Assembly (NCBI GenBank): GCA_963519525.1
Contig: CAUQOI010000001.1
Span: 1 to 46,700 of the forward strand
Origin: an uncultured Campylobacter sp.
Lineage (GTDB): Bacteria; Campylobacterota; Campylobacteria; Campylobacterales; Campylobacteraceae
Length of the DNA stretch: 46,700 nt
Direction of reading: 5' to 3'
Shown one piece after another: positions 19,002-28,810 of this stretch (position 1 is its first letter; each line of letters begins with the position of its first letter). The notes beneath the pieces are model-generated. The model worked only from the letters and a program-made list of their open reading frames with translations, was not told the origin of the DNA and did no database searches. The translations under genes and the position numbers were made by a program.

Positions 19002-19158
19002 ACTAACATCGCAAATTTGCCATTTTAAACGTTTAAAGCGGCGAATGCCTAAATTTACCCCGAGCGTAAAAAACAAAATACGGCTTTGCGAGCATAAATT
19101 CATTATTTTTTTGCTACAATAAGAAGTTTTGAACTTTAACTATTTAGGAGAAATTTCT

Positions 19159-19611
19159 ATGAAAAAAGAAGACATAAAAGAGCTGATCGAGTTTTTTAAC
19201 GAGATGGACATGAACCGCATAAAGATAAAAAGCGGGGATTTTGAGGTCGAGCTTGAAAAATTCGCCGACTGCTGCGAGCTGCCAAAGCCCGTCGTCCAAG
19301 CTCCAGCCCCGACTCCGACTCCGGTAAACGTCGTGGTAAGCTCAGAGGTCAAAGCTCCTGCTAATTCTCCAAAAGACAGCATAAAATCGCCTATGGTCGG
19401 TACTTTCTACACTGCTCCGAGCCCGGGTGCGGTGCCGTTTGTAAAGGTCGGTCAACGCGTGAGAAAAGGCGACGTCGTGGGCATCATAGAAGCGATGAAG
19501 ATAATGAACGAGATCGAGGCCGAATTTGACTGCCAGATCACTGAGCTACTCGTTTCCGACGGTCAGCCGGTCGAGTTTGGCTTGCCGCTATTTGGCGTGG
19601 AGAAAATTTGA
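19159..19611 (+). CDS. accB: Biotin carboxyl carrier protein
   Basis: SPMVGTFY, EAMKIMNEIEA biotinylation motif; AGGAG RBS. Confidence 0.97.
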   Translation: MKKEDIKELIEFFNEMDMNRIKIKSGDFEVELEKFADCCELPKPVVQAPAPTPTPVNVVVSSEVKAPANSPKDSIKSPMVGTFYTAPSPGAVPFVKVGQRVRKGDVVGIIEAMKIMNEIEAEFDCQITELLVSDGQPVEFGLPLFGVEKI

Positions 19612-20942
19612 TGGAAATAAAAAGAATTTTAATCGCAAATCGCGGCGAAATAGCGCTGCGAGCCTTGCGAACGATAAAGGAAATGGGCAAAGAAGCCGTC
19701 GTGGTCTACTCCACGGCCGATAAAGACGCGCTCTACGTCAAATACGCGGACGTGGCGATCTGCATCGGCAAGGAGCGCTCAAGCGACAGCTACCTAAATA
19801 TCCCGGCCATAATCAGCGCAGCCGAGATCAGCGAAGCCGACGCGATATTTCCGGGCTACGGATTTTTAAGCGAAAATCAAAATTTCGTCGAAATTTGCTC
19901 GCACCACAAGCTAAAATTTATCGGCCCTAGCGTAGCTGCGATGGCGCTAATGAGTGACAAAAGCAAGGCAAAGCAGATGATGCAGCGCGCTGGCGTACCC
20001 GTGATCCCTGGCTCTGACGGCGCAGTGGCCGACACGAAGGCGGCCAAAGAGCTAGCTAAAAAAATCGGCTATCCAGTCATCCTAAAAGCAGCAGCCGGCG
20101 GCGGCGGACGCGGTATGCGCGTGGTCGAGCGCGAAGAGGATATCGAAAAGGCGTTTTGGTCGGCCGAGAGCGAGGCGATGAGTGCGTTTGGCGACGGAAC
20201 GATGTATATGGAAAAATACATCCTAAACCCGCGCCACATCGAGGTTCAGATCATCGGCGACAGCCACGGCAACGTCCTGCATATCGGCGAGCGCGACTGC
20301 TCTATGCAGCGCCGTCACCAAAAGCTGATCGAAGAAAGCCCCGCGATATTACTAGACGAAGCGACGCGAGAGAGGCTGCACGAAACGGCGATAAAAGCGG
20401 CAAAAGCTATCGGCTACGAGGGTGCGGGAACGTTTGAGTTTTTGGTCGATAAAAATTTGGATTTTTACTTCATCGAGATGAACACGCGCTTGCAAGTCGA
20501 GCACTGCGTGAGCGAGATGGTAAGCGGCCTAGACATCATTGAGCTAATGATAAAAGTAGCCCAGGGCGAGGCGCTACCGCCGCAAGAAAGCATCACGCTA
20601 AAAGGCCACGCCATCGAGTGCCGCATCACGGCCGAGGATCCAAATACGTTTACGCCAAGTCCCGGCAAGATAACCAAATACGTCTGCCCCGGCGGCCGAA
20701 ACGTGCGCATGGATAGCCACATCTATCAGGACTACTCGATCCCGCCGTACTACGACAGTATGATCGGCAAACTCATCGTCTGGGATACCAACCGCAACCG
20801 CGCGATACGCAAAATGAAGGTCGCGCTAGAACAGCTCGTCATAAGCGGCATCAAAACTACGCGCGATTTTCACATCGCGATGATGGAGAACCAAGACTTC
20901 ATCAACAACAACTACGATACTAACTACCTCTCTCGCCGCTAA
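19611..20942 (+). CDS. accC: Biotin carboxylase
   Basis: ILIANRGEIA, GGGGRGMR, ERDCSMQRRHQK, EMNTRLQVEH. Confidence 0.97.
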   Translation: MEIKRILIANRGEIALRALRTIKEMGKEAVVVYSTADKDALYVKYADVAICIGKERSSDSYLNIPAIISAAEISEADAIFPGYGFLSENQNFVEICSHHKLKFIGPSVAAMALMSDKSKAKQMMQRAGVPVIPGSDGAVADTKAAKELAKKIGYPVILKAAAGGGGRGMRVVEREEDIEKAFWSAESEAMSAFGDGTMYMEKYILNPRHIEVQIIGDSHGNVLHIGERDCSMQRRHQKLIEESPAILLDEATRERLHETAIKAAKAIGYEGAGTFEFLVDKNLDFYFIEMNTRLQVEHCVSEMVSGLDIIELMIKVAQGEALPPQESITLKGHAIECRITAEDPNTFTPSPGKITKYVCPGGRNVRMDSHIYQDYSIPPYYDSMIGKLIVWDTNRNRAIRKMKVALEQLVISGIKTTRDFHIAMMENQDFINNNYDTNYLSRR

Positions 20943-20969
20943 ATTTGCGGCTAGAGCGAGGCGGTTTGC

Positions 20970-21001
20970 GCACCGAAGCGAGTTTAAATTTGCTTCGGTG
21001 T
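20970..21001 (+). terminator. Hairpin after accC
   Basis: GCACCGAAGC...GCTTCGGTGT stem. Confidence 0.55.
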
Positions 21002-21029
21002 GGCTACTTTACACTTAAATTTATCGGCA

Positions 21030-21139
21030 AAACCCGCACCGCTTTACTATTGCTTAAAATATCAAATTTATAAAACTCTTGTCTGTGTAGCGTTAATAGT
21101 ATAAACCAGACGAATTTGACGTCTTAAAGGTGCGGGTTT
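21030..21139. repeat. 110-bp element bounded by 11-bp perfect inverted repeats
   Basis: AAACCCGCACC...GGTGCGGGTTT, with additional internal symmetry (TCAAATTT/GAATTTGA). Confidence 0.55.
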
Positions 21140-21232
21140 GGGCGAACAAGCAAATAAAATATGGGCGTCAAATTTAAAAAAATAGACGCGCAAATTTTAG
21201 TATAATACCCCAAATTTAACTAGGCGGACACG

Positions 21233-22324
21233 ATGATAAACGACGAATTTTACATGTCTTTGGCGATCAAAAAAGCTTGGGAGTTTCAAATTTTAACCTA
21301 CCCAAACCCCGCCGTCGGTTGCGCGGTTTTAGATGCCGGCGGTAGGCTGCTCTCGGTCGCCGCGCATAAAAAGGCGGGCTTTTTACACGCGGAGCCAAGC
21401 GCGATTTTGTTGGCGCTCTGCAAAAAAAGCGAGACGTTTTTAAGGGATTTTTTACGAGACTACAACGCGGCTTTGGGCGTCAAATTTGAAAACGCGGCCG
21501 AGCTTGAAAATGCGGACTTGGAGCCAAATTTCACCTACGAATACATCCTGCAAAATCACGGCGATCTGCTAAAAGGCGCCAAGGCCTATGTGACGCTCGA
21601 GCCCTGCGCTCACCGCGGTAAAACTCCGCCTTGCGCCGAGCTTTTAAGGCGGCTAAAATTTGCCGAAGTCGTTATCGCTAGAGGCGACGAAAACGCCGTG
21701 GCTAGCGGCGGCGCGCATATCTTGCAAAGCGGCGGCGTGGCGGTCAAATTTGACGTACTACGGCGCGAAGCGGACGAGCTAATGGAGCCGTTTTTGGCGT
21801 GGCAGAGGGGGAATTTTAGCTTTTTTAAGCTCGCTCTTAGCGCAAACGGCGTCGCAGCAGGCACCGCGCAGAGTAAAATCATCTCAAATCTAGCCAGCCG
21901 TACCCACTCTCACCGCCTTCGCAGCGCGGCCGAGCTACTAGTTATCGGCGGCGCCACAGTCCGCGCCGACCGCCCGAGGCTTGACGCTAGGCTGATAGAG
22001 GGCGGCAAAAATCCAAACGTGATGATCTACTCGCGCGCGCGGGAGTTTGACGCGTCTATACCGCTGTTTGGCGTGGAGGGTAGGAGCGTGTGCGTAACAA
22101 GCGATATAAACGAAGCTTTCGTGCCGCGCTTAACGATGTTTGAGGGCGGCAAAAACGCGCTAAAGGCCCTAGACGAACGCGTAAAATGGCTCTTGCTCTA
22201 CCGCTCGAGCGAGCTTTTGGACGCGCCCGCGGTAAAGCTAAATTTAAAGCTCAAACCGCTATTTCACGGCGAGCTTGGCGGCGACGTTTACGGGTGGTAT
22301 AAATTTGAGCGGGATTTGGGCTAG
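21233..22324 (+). CDS. ribD: Riboflavin biosynthesis deaminase/reductase
   Basis: TYPNPAVG, HAE, VTLEPCAHRGKTPPC, TVRADRPRLDAR. Confidence 0.93.
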   Translation: MINDEFYMSLAIKKAWEFQILTYPNPAVGCAVLDAGGRLLSVAAHKKAGFLHAEPSAILLALCKKSETFLRDFLRDYNAALGVKFENAAELENADLEPNFTYEYILQNHGDLLKGAKAYVTLEPCAHRGKTPPCAELLRRLKFAEVVIARGDENAVASGGAHILQSGGVAVKFDVLRREADELMEPFLAWQRGNFSFFKLALSANGVAAGTAQSKIISNLASRTHSHRLRSAAELLVIGGATVRADRPRLDARLIEGGKNPNVMIYSRAREFDASIPLFGVEGRSVCVTSDINEAFVPRLTMFEGGKNALKALDERVKWLLLYRSSELLDAPAVKLNLKLKPLFHGELGGDVYGWYKFERDLG

Positions 22325-22371
22325 ATCGCGTCAAATTTAGCCAAATGATTTTGTAAATTTAAAGGAGAAAA

Positions 22372-23226
22372 ATGAAAGAGATAACGCTAAATGGAGAGAA
22401 ATTCCATGTCGCGGCAAACACGATGGATGAGCTAAAAAACGAGGCTCTTGGCGATAAAAACGGCGAGATGTATAAATTTCTAGCCGAATTTAACGCGAGC
22501 GAGCCTGATATCTTTATCCTAGACGGCTTTGCGACGAAGGAAAATTTGGAGCTAAAAGACGGCTCAAATGTCGTATTTATCAGACGCGGCGCGATGCCGG
22601 GGAGAGAAGTGCTAAAAGCCATGATCGCCTCCAGAAACAGCCCCGAGCTAAACGCGGCGCTAGCTAGCGGCTGCGTGGGCGTGGCGGGACTTGGCGGCCT
22701 TGGCTCAAATATCGCGCTAAGCCTTGCCCGCACGGGAGTCGCCAAGCTCGTACTGGCCGACTTTGACGTCGTAGAGCCTAGCAACCTAAACCGCCAGCAA
22801 TACTTCGTCCGCCACATCGGCATGAAAAAGACAGACGCGCTAAAAGAGCTCATCACCGAGGTAAATCCATTCGTCGAGGTGGTGACGCACGACGTGACGC
22901 TAACTGCCGCCAACGTCGCCGAGATTTTCGCGCCGTGCGGCGTCATCTGCGAGGCCTTTGACAACGTCGCTGGCAAGGCGATGATGGTAAACGAGGCGGG
23001 CGCGAGTCTACGGGACAAAAAGATCGTCGGCGCGTCGGGCATGGCGGGGCACTTTAGCTCAAATCTCATAAAAACGGTCAAATTCGCGCGAAACGTCTAT
23101 CTGTGCGGCGACCTGCAAAACGCTGCGGGCGTAGGGCAGGGGCTCATGGCCGCGCGCGTGGCGATATGTGCAAATCATCAGGCAAATCTTGCTATCAGGC
23201 TTTTGATGGGGCTTGAGGAGGTTTAA
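22372..23226 (+). CDS. thiF: Sulfur-carrier adenylyltransferase ThiF with N-terminal ThiS-like domain
   Basis: GLGGLGS, DFDVVEPSNLNRQ, EAFDN, RVAICANHQA. Confidence 0.88.
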   Translation: MKEITLNGEKFHVAANTMDELKNEALGDKNGEMYKFLAEFNASEPDIFILDGFATKENLELKDGSNVVFIRRGAMPGREVLKAMIASRNSPELNAALASGCVGVAGLGGLGSNIALSLARTGVAKLVLADFDVVEPSNLNRQQYFVRHIGMKKTDALKELITEVNPFVEVVTHDVTLTAANVAEIFAPCGVICEAFDNVAGKAMMVNEAGASLRDKKIVGASGMAGHFSSNLIKTVKFARNVYLCGDLQNAAGVGQGLMAARVAICANHQANLAIRLLMGLEEV

Positions 23227-23572
23227 ATTTGACGGCGGCGTGGTATTTGGCGAGCGGTTTGGCATTTTTGATTCGCGATCAAATTTAGCCTTGGCTAGTT
23301 TTTGATTGTGTTAAATTTGAGCAAATTTCGTTGCGATAAAGTTAATGGCTTGCGTTTTGCCGTGTCAAAATTTAGCTTGCAAATCGGTTATTTATCGCAT
23401 GAAATTTTGTAAATTTGCGTCTAATTTATATAAAATTTGACCAAATTTACTCGTCTGATTGCTTGGTTAGTCGTTTGCGTTTGGCGGACTTTACCGAAGT
23501 TTGTTTTAAATTTTATCGTGAGATTCAATCCAAATGAACGCGCTCCTAATAAGAAGTCAAATTTTACCTACG

Positions 23573-24332
23573 CTACTTCATCTTCAGACGAAACGAGCGT
23601 TTTACGTCAAAGCCCTTACCGGCAATTTTTACCTCGTTTGGGACCATGCTTACGGGAGCTTGGGCGTCCTTTTGGGCGGATAAAAACTCAACTAAACTCT
23701 GCCAGACGAAATCAGCGTCCAGATAAAGCCCCATCGCGCTAAGCTGCGGATTTATCACTACGAAGTTGGCAGTTTGCGTCTTTTTAAAAAGCACGATCGG
23801 CGCATTTAAAATTTCGTCTGCGCTTATCGCTTTACCGTCGCGAACGATATTTTTTAACGATTTTTTGCAGGGAGGGGGGGGCGTCTAGGGGGTATTTTAT
23901 GTCGAGCAAAATATCCTCTCTCGTGGCGCGATCGCCTATCTGCCAAAACTGCGAAACGGGATAGGCGCGAAAATCGTCGTTAAACGTCAAGATCCCAGTT
24001 TTGTTATCGGTTTCTTTTAGATCGAGGCTGGAATAGATCTTGCCGTCAGCGGCGAAAATATGGACCAAATTTTGGCCAATAAAGATGATGGAGTGCAGCA
24101 GGCGCGGAACTTCATTGACGTCGGTTTTGTTTAAATTTATAAATTTACCGTCAGTAAATCGGTAGCCGCCCAGTTTTCGCTCAAAATCTATTTGATCTAT
24201 TTGGTTTAGTTTCCATAGCTCGTCCGCGCTTACGAGAGTCGAGTTTCTGCGGTCGTAGACTAGCATCTCGTCAAGGCCGTATTTTGATACCATAAAGTCG
24301 TAGTTGTCTTTAAATTTCGAGATTGTTTTCAT
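23573..24332 (-). pseudogene. Hypothetical gene frameshifted at a C8 (G8 on +) tract; possibly phase-variable OFF state
   Basis: ORF 24332-23832 joins the frame ending at 23573 if the tract at 23874-23881 is 7 or 10 long; fused product is 252 aa with 7 C's. Confidence 0.75.
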
Positions 24333-24347
24333 GGCATGCCTTTAAAT

Positions 24348-25217
24348 TTACCTCGCCTTAGTTTCAAAAAACGCCGAAATCAGCGAGTTTGCGCCTTGGT
24401 TTATAAATTTTTGCATCGCTTTTTCGTAGACGGACGGTTTTTCCCAGACGGGCTTGGCCACGCCGCTTAGCTTTTCTAGCTCGGCGCGCGCCGAATAATA
24501 ATCGCTCACCTCGTCGATGAGCCCAAGCTTTGCCGCATCGCTGGCGAGAAAGACCCGCGCGTTCGCCCACTCTTTGCTTTTGTTTGCGTCTAGATTTCTA
24601 TCCGCCGCCACGTCGCTCACAAACATCTCGTAGCTAGCGTTTACGAGCTCTTGCAGCTGCTCGCGCTCGACTTTGCTCCACTGACGCACAAAGGTTCCCG
24701 CCTCTTTATATTCGCCCGCCTTTACGACTTGCTGCGAGACGCCGATTTTGGCCGCTAGCTCGCTAGCGTCGGCGCCTTGCATTATCACGCCGATCGAGCC
24801 GATAAACGCGCCAGGATTTGCCAAGATCTTGTCCGCGCCCGCGCCCGCGTAGTAGCTGCCGCTCGTCATCGACCCGCCCGCATACGCTACCACGGGCTTT
24901 GCGGCGCGTAGATTTTTGACCGCCAGGTGCAGCTCGACGCTAGGCGCGAGCACGCCGCCCGGGCTATCGATGTAGAGCAGCACGCCTTTGATGTTGCCGT
25001 CCTTGCGCGCGGCCTCGATCTTTTCTAGCGCTTCGCCAGCGTCCATGATCGCGCCCGATAGGTTGATCTGGGTTAGGTTGGGCGGATTTACGCTCTCGCC
25101 TTTGCCACTAAAAAATATCAAAAATACGATGAGCAAAAACAACATCGCCTTAAAATAGGTGTTTATGAACTTAAAAATCGCCGCAATCGGCGCGAAAATA
25201 AATCTTAAAAATCCCAT
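24348..25217 (-). CDS. sppA: Signal peptide peptidase (S49)
   Basis: IDSPGG, SGSYY, IGSIGVI, AGEYKEAG, LGLIDEV. Confidence 0.93.
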   Translation of the reverse strand: MGFLRFIFAPIAAIFKFINTYFKAMLFLLIVFLIFFSGKGESVNPPNLTQINLSGAIMDAGEALEKIEAARKDGNIKGVLLYIDSPGGVLAPSVELHLAVKNLRAAKPVVAYAGGSMTSGSYYAGAGADKILANPGAFIGSIGVIMQGADASELAAKIGVSQQVVKAGEYKEAGTFVRQWSKVEREQLQELVNASYEMFVSDVAADRNLDANKSKEWANARVFLASDAAKLGLIDEVSDYYSARAELEKLSGVAKPVWEKPSVYEKAMQKFINQGANSLISAFFETKAR

Positions 25218-25364
25218 TTTTTTCCTTTAATTTATTTAAAATCGGGGCGCATTTTACCATTTAAATTTATAAATTTAGCTAGCGGGCGGGATTTGGGAAA
25301 ACGGCCTCAAATTTGAGCTTAAATTTGGCATTTGTCGCGCCAAAGTCTAAACCGCAAATTCGGC

Positions 25365-26591
25365 TCAATCGTTTAAATTTACCTCTGCGCCACCTACAAA
25401 TAGCCGCTCGCAGCCCTTGGCGTGCAAGATGAGCATGAGCGGTAGCTGCGCTGCGTCCGCGTCCGCAAAACCGCCATATAGCGCGAGGTCGGCTAGCTTG
25501 CCCTCTTTTGTTTCGCCTGCGTCTAAATTTAGCGCGCTTGCGGCGTTTTTAGTCGAGGCTAGAAGTAAAATTTTAGCAAGCTCTAGCGGATCGAATTCGG
25601 CGTGAATGAGTAAATTTGCCCGTAGCTCGTCGAGGAAATTTAGGCTCATATTTGAGCTAAGCCCGTCCGTGCCGATATTTACGCTCACTCCTGCATCTAG
25701 CGCGGCGCGTAAATTTAGCGTGCGTTTGCTAAGCAGCCTGTTTGAAACCGCGCAGTGCGTGAGGCTATGAAGCCCCGGGTCAAAACCCGAAAAATCATCC
25801 GCCCAAACGCAGTGCGTAAAGAGCGTGCGAATGCCCGCAAACATCGCTATAAACGAGCTTGGCGTATAAAGCGGACGCGCGGCGGGGTTAAATTTGCCCA
25901 GCCACTCTTTAAAGCCGCCCGTGCCGCCTTCTAGCCAGCTTTTTTCATGCTTGCTCTCCATAAAATGCGTCGAGACGACCAGCTCCAGCTCGCGTGCTAA
26001 ATTTAGCGCCGCAGCGGCCAAATCAGGGTGCGTGGAGTAGGGCGAATGCACCGAAACCGCAGGCGTAAAAAGCGGACTTTTGCGCTTTTGCGACGCTTCA
26101 AAGCGGGCGGTGAAATTTGCCAAATTTTGCTCGAGCGCTGCTTCGTTCGTGCCTAAAATTTCGTTAAAAAACACGACCCTGCCGCCGCAGTTCGCGCACG
26201 CGTCCAAATCCCCGCCAAAGCTCGACACCGCCCCAAAGCTCGCCACGCCGCTACGCTGCATGGTTTTTATCGCGGAGGCGATGACGTCCTCGTTTGCAGC
26301 CTGCGAGAGCGCGCCGCGAGAGGCGATAACCGAGCTTAGCCACTCTAAAAAATCGCCGTAAACGAGGCTGGTTTTATTCGCGCTAAACTCCAGGTGCACG
26401 TGCGGATTGATGAATGCCGGCGCCAAAACGGCGTCAGGATACTCGAAAAACTGCGCGCCCTCGTATCTTTTGCGTAGTTCCTCGGCCTCTCCAACCGCCT
26501 GGATATGCTCATCAAAAGCGACCGCCGCATCCTCTAAAACGGTAAAATTTTTGTCGCATAGCATTGTAAATTTCGGTTTAACGATGATCAT
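25365..26591 (-). CDS. Metal-dependent amidohydrolase, probable aminofutalosine deaminase
   Basis: NPHVHLE, HSPYS, THFMES, GTDGLSSN; sppA/aroQ synteny as in C. jejuni Cj0067. Confidence 0.8.
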   Translation of the reverse strand: MIIVKPKFTMLCDKNFTVLEDAAVAFDEHIQAVGEAEELRKRYEGAQFFEYPDAVLAPAFINPHVHLEFSANKTSLVYGDFLEWLSSVIASRGALSQAANEDVIASAIKTMQRSGVASFGAVSSFGGDLDACANCGGRVVFFNEILGTNEAALEQNLANFTARFEASQKRKSPLFTPAVSVHSPYSTHPDLAAAALNLARELELVVSTHFMESKHEKSWLEGGTGGFKEWLGKFNPAARPLYTPSSFIAMFAGIRTLFTHCVWADDFSGFDPGLHSLTHCAVSNRLLSKRTLNLRAALDAGVSVNIGTDGLSSNMSLNFLDELRANLLIHAEFDPLELAKILLLASTKNAASALNLDAGETKEGKLADLALYGGFADADAAQLPLMLILHAKGCERLFVGGAEVNLND

Positions 26592-26682
26592 TTTTAAGCT
26601 CCTATTTTTCGTGATTGTAGCGAAAATTTAGCTTAAAAAATGTATAATCAAGGCTAAATTTAAATCTTTTAAAAGGCTAAAA

Positions 26683-27165
26683 ATGGAAACAAAATCTAAA
26701 CTAATGGTCATCCAAGGCCCGAATATCAACATGCTGGGCACGCGCGAGACCGATATCTACGGCTCGATGAAGATGGAGGATATCCACGGACAGATGAAGC
26801 TTTTTGCCGAGCAAAACGGCATCGAGATCGAGTTTTTTCAGAGCAATTTCGAGGGCGAACTCGTCGATAAGATCCAAGAGTGCTTCGGCGAATTTGACGG
26901 CATCATCATAAACCCAGCCGCGTATACGCACACATCTATTGCGATCCGTGACGCTATCGCAGCCGTCGGACTTCCGGTCATCGAGGTGCATATCAGCAAC
27001 ATCCACCGCCGCGAAGAATTCCGCCAAAAAAGCCTCATAGCGCCGGTAACTGCGGGACAGATCGTGGGCTTTGGGCCTGTGGGCTACCACCTAGCCATGA
27101 TTGCGATGCTGCAAATTTTCGAGCAGATAAAAGCGCTAAAAGCCGCGAGAGAAAAAGCGGAGTAA
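26683..27165 (+). CDS. aroQ: Type II 3-dehydroquinate dehydratase
   Basis: [37 protein letters not shown]. Confidence 0.97.
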   Translation: METKSKLMVIQGPNINMLGTRETDIYGSMKMEDIHGQMKLFAEQNGIEIEFFQSNFEGELVDKIQECFGEFDGIIINPAAYTHTSIAIRDAIAAVGLPVIEVHISNIHRREEFRQKSLIAPVTAGQIVGFGPVGYHLAMIAMLQIFEQIKALKAAREKAE

Positions 27166-27177
27166 GATAGGGCGAAG

Positions 27178-28203
27178 TTGAAAAATTTTATCCTAAAGGA
27201 CGAAAACGCCGTATTTCACGAGTGTGGATATAGTTGCGACAACGCGATATTTTTAAGTCTCGCGGGGCGCAAATTTTTCCTCACCGATGCGCGTTATAGC
27301 ATCGAGGCGCGCGAGCTTTGCAAAGACACCGAGGTGATCGAGGTCGAGCGAAATTTGATAAAAGACGCGCGGCTGTTTTTGCGAAAAGCGGGCGTTCGTG
27401 AGCTTAGCTACAACCCGTACGATTTTAGCGCGGGCGAGTGGGGGGCGCTAAGCAAGGGGCTTGGGATAAGATTTAAGGCGCGGGCGAATTTTTCGCAAAT
27501 TTCGCGAATAGTAAAGACCGAAGACGAGATAAAAATTTTAAAGCAAGCGGCGCAGCTGGGTGCGGAAAGATTTGACGAATTTGCCGCCTTCGTGCGCGCT
27601 AGCAGCGAAGGTATGAGCGAAGAGGAGCTATTTTTTAACGCCGAGCTCATCTTTAAGAAAAAGGGCGAGCTCGCACTTAGCTTTTCGCCTATCGTCGCGA
27701 TCAACGAAAACGCCGCAAAAGCGCACGCTCTGCCGAGCAAAAAGCGGCTACGTCGGGGCGATTTGCTCCTGCTGGACGCGGGGGTTAAATTTAACCGCTA
27801 CTGCTCCGATAGGACGCGCACGGCGTGCTTTGACGAAAATTTTAACTTTGGCAAAGAGCAAAATTTTAAAAACGCCAAACGGCAAGAGATTTACGAAATC
27901 GTAAAAGAGGCTCAGGCTCTAGCGATCGCGGCGATTATGCCAGGCAAAAAGGCGCGCGAGATCGACGCGGCGGCTAGGGATTTTATCGCCGCTCAGGGTT
28001 ACGGCGAGGCGTTTTTTCACAGCACCGGACACGGCGTGGGAATCGATATCCACGAGCTTCCGTTCATCTCAAAGCGCGGAGATACCGTGCTAAAAGAGGG
28101 TATGGTCTTTAGCGTGGAGCCGGGGATCTATCTGCCCGGCGAGTTTGGCGTGCGCATCGAGGACGTCGTGGTCGTGCGCGAAAACGGGGCTGAAATTTTA
28201 TGA
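27178..28203 (+). CDS. Xaa-Pro aminopeptidase (M24)
   Basis: YCSDRTRT, HSTGHGVGIDIHE, SVEPGIY, GVRIED. Confidence 0.92.
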   Translation: MKNFILKDENAVFHECGYSCDNAIFLSLAGRKFFLTDARYSIEARELCKDTEVIEVERNLIKDARLFLRKAGVRELSYNPYDFSAGEWGALSKGLGIRFKARANFSQISRIVKTEDEIKILKQAAQLGAERFDEFAAFVRASSEGMSEEELFFNAELIFKKKGELALSFSPIVAINENAAKAHALPSKKRLRRGDLLLLDAGVKFNRYCSDRTRTACFDENFNFGKEQNFKNAKRQEIYEIVKEAQALAIAAIMPGKKAREIDAAARDFIAAQGYGEAFFHSTGHGVGIDIHELPFISKRGDTVLKEGMVFSVEPGIYLPGEFGVRIEDVVVVRENGAEIL

Positions 28204-28700
28204 GAGTAGCGGGGGCGAGGCGCTTTAGCAAATGCCTCTTTTTCCCGAAGGTTTTTGATTTTAAACCTGGCTTTCAAAATAGCGTTATTTTAGGGCTCGG
28301 CGGTAATATCGGCGACGTTAAAAAGCGCTTTAATCGGCTGCATTTTAAGCTCAGCAGAGATAGCAGGTTTCACGTCGTCGAAAACTCGGTCCTCCTCATC
28401 AACGAGGCGTTTGGGTTTAAGGAGCAGGCTGATTTCACAAACGCCGTAACGCTCGTGCAAACGAGCCTTGCCGCGAGGCAAATTTTAAAAATAACGGCAA
28501 ATTTGGAGAAGCGTTTTGGGCGAGTGCGAAGCTTTAAAAACGCGCCTAGGACGCTTGATATAGACATTTTGTATTTTAGCGGACGAAACAGAAACGACGC
28601 GCGGCTAACGCTACCGCATCCTGGCGCAAAAAACAGAATCAGCGTGATTTTGCCGCTTGGGACGATGAAGCGCGTTAGCAAAAGCGGAGTTAAATTTTAA
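28200..28700 (+). CDS. folK: 2-amino-4-hydroxy-6-hydroxymethyldihydropteridine diphosphokinase
   Basis: LGLGGNIG, FTNAV, PRTLDIDIL, LTLPHP. Confidence 0.93.
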   Translation: MRVAGARRFSKCLFFPKVFDFKPGFQNSVILGLGGNIGDVKKRFNRLHFKLSRDSRFHVVENSVLLINEAFGFKEQADFTNAVTLVQTSLAARQILKITANLEKRFGRVRSFKNAPRTLDIDILYFSGRNRNDARLTLPHPGAKNRISVILPLGTMKRVSKSGVKF

Positions 28701-28810
28701 AATTTAGCGGCCGCAAAGCCTAAATTTGAAGCGGGAACGGAAAATGCATAGCCTTTGCCGCGACGATTTCGGTGCGGCGGCGAAATTTAGCGAGAAACGA
28801 AGGAGAAGAT

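Noticed and set aside
21380..21600. Long spacer between the HAE and PCxxC motifs of RibD as an intein or insertion element
   Set aside because: It is short and lacks splicing residues; it is consistent with a lineage-specific loop.
23437..23742. 101-aa ORF and other short intergenic ORFs (35182-35400, 44042-44278, 44974-45168)
   Set aside because: They have no RBS or family features, and their composition is dominated by AAATTT repeats or antisense overlap.
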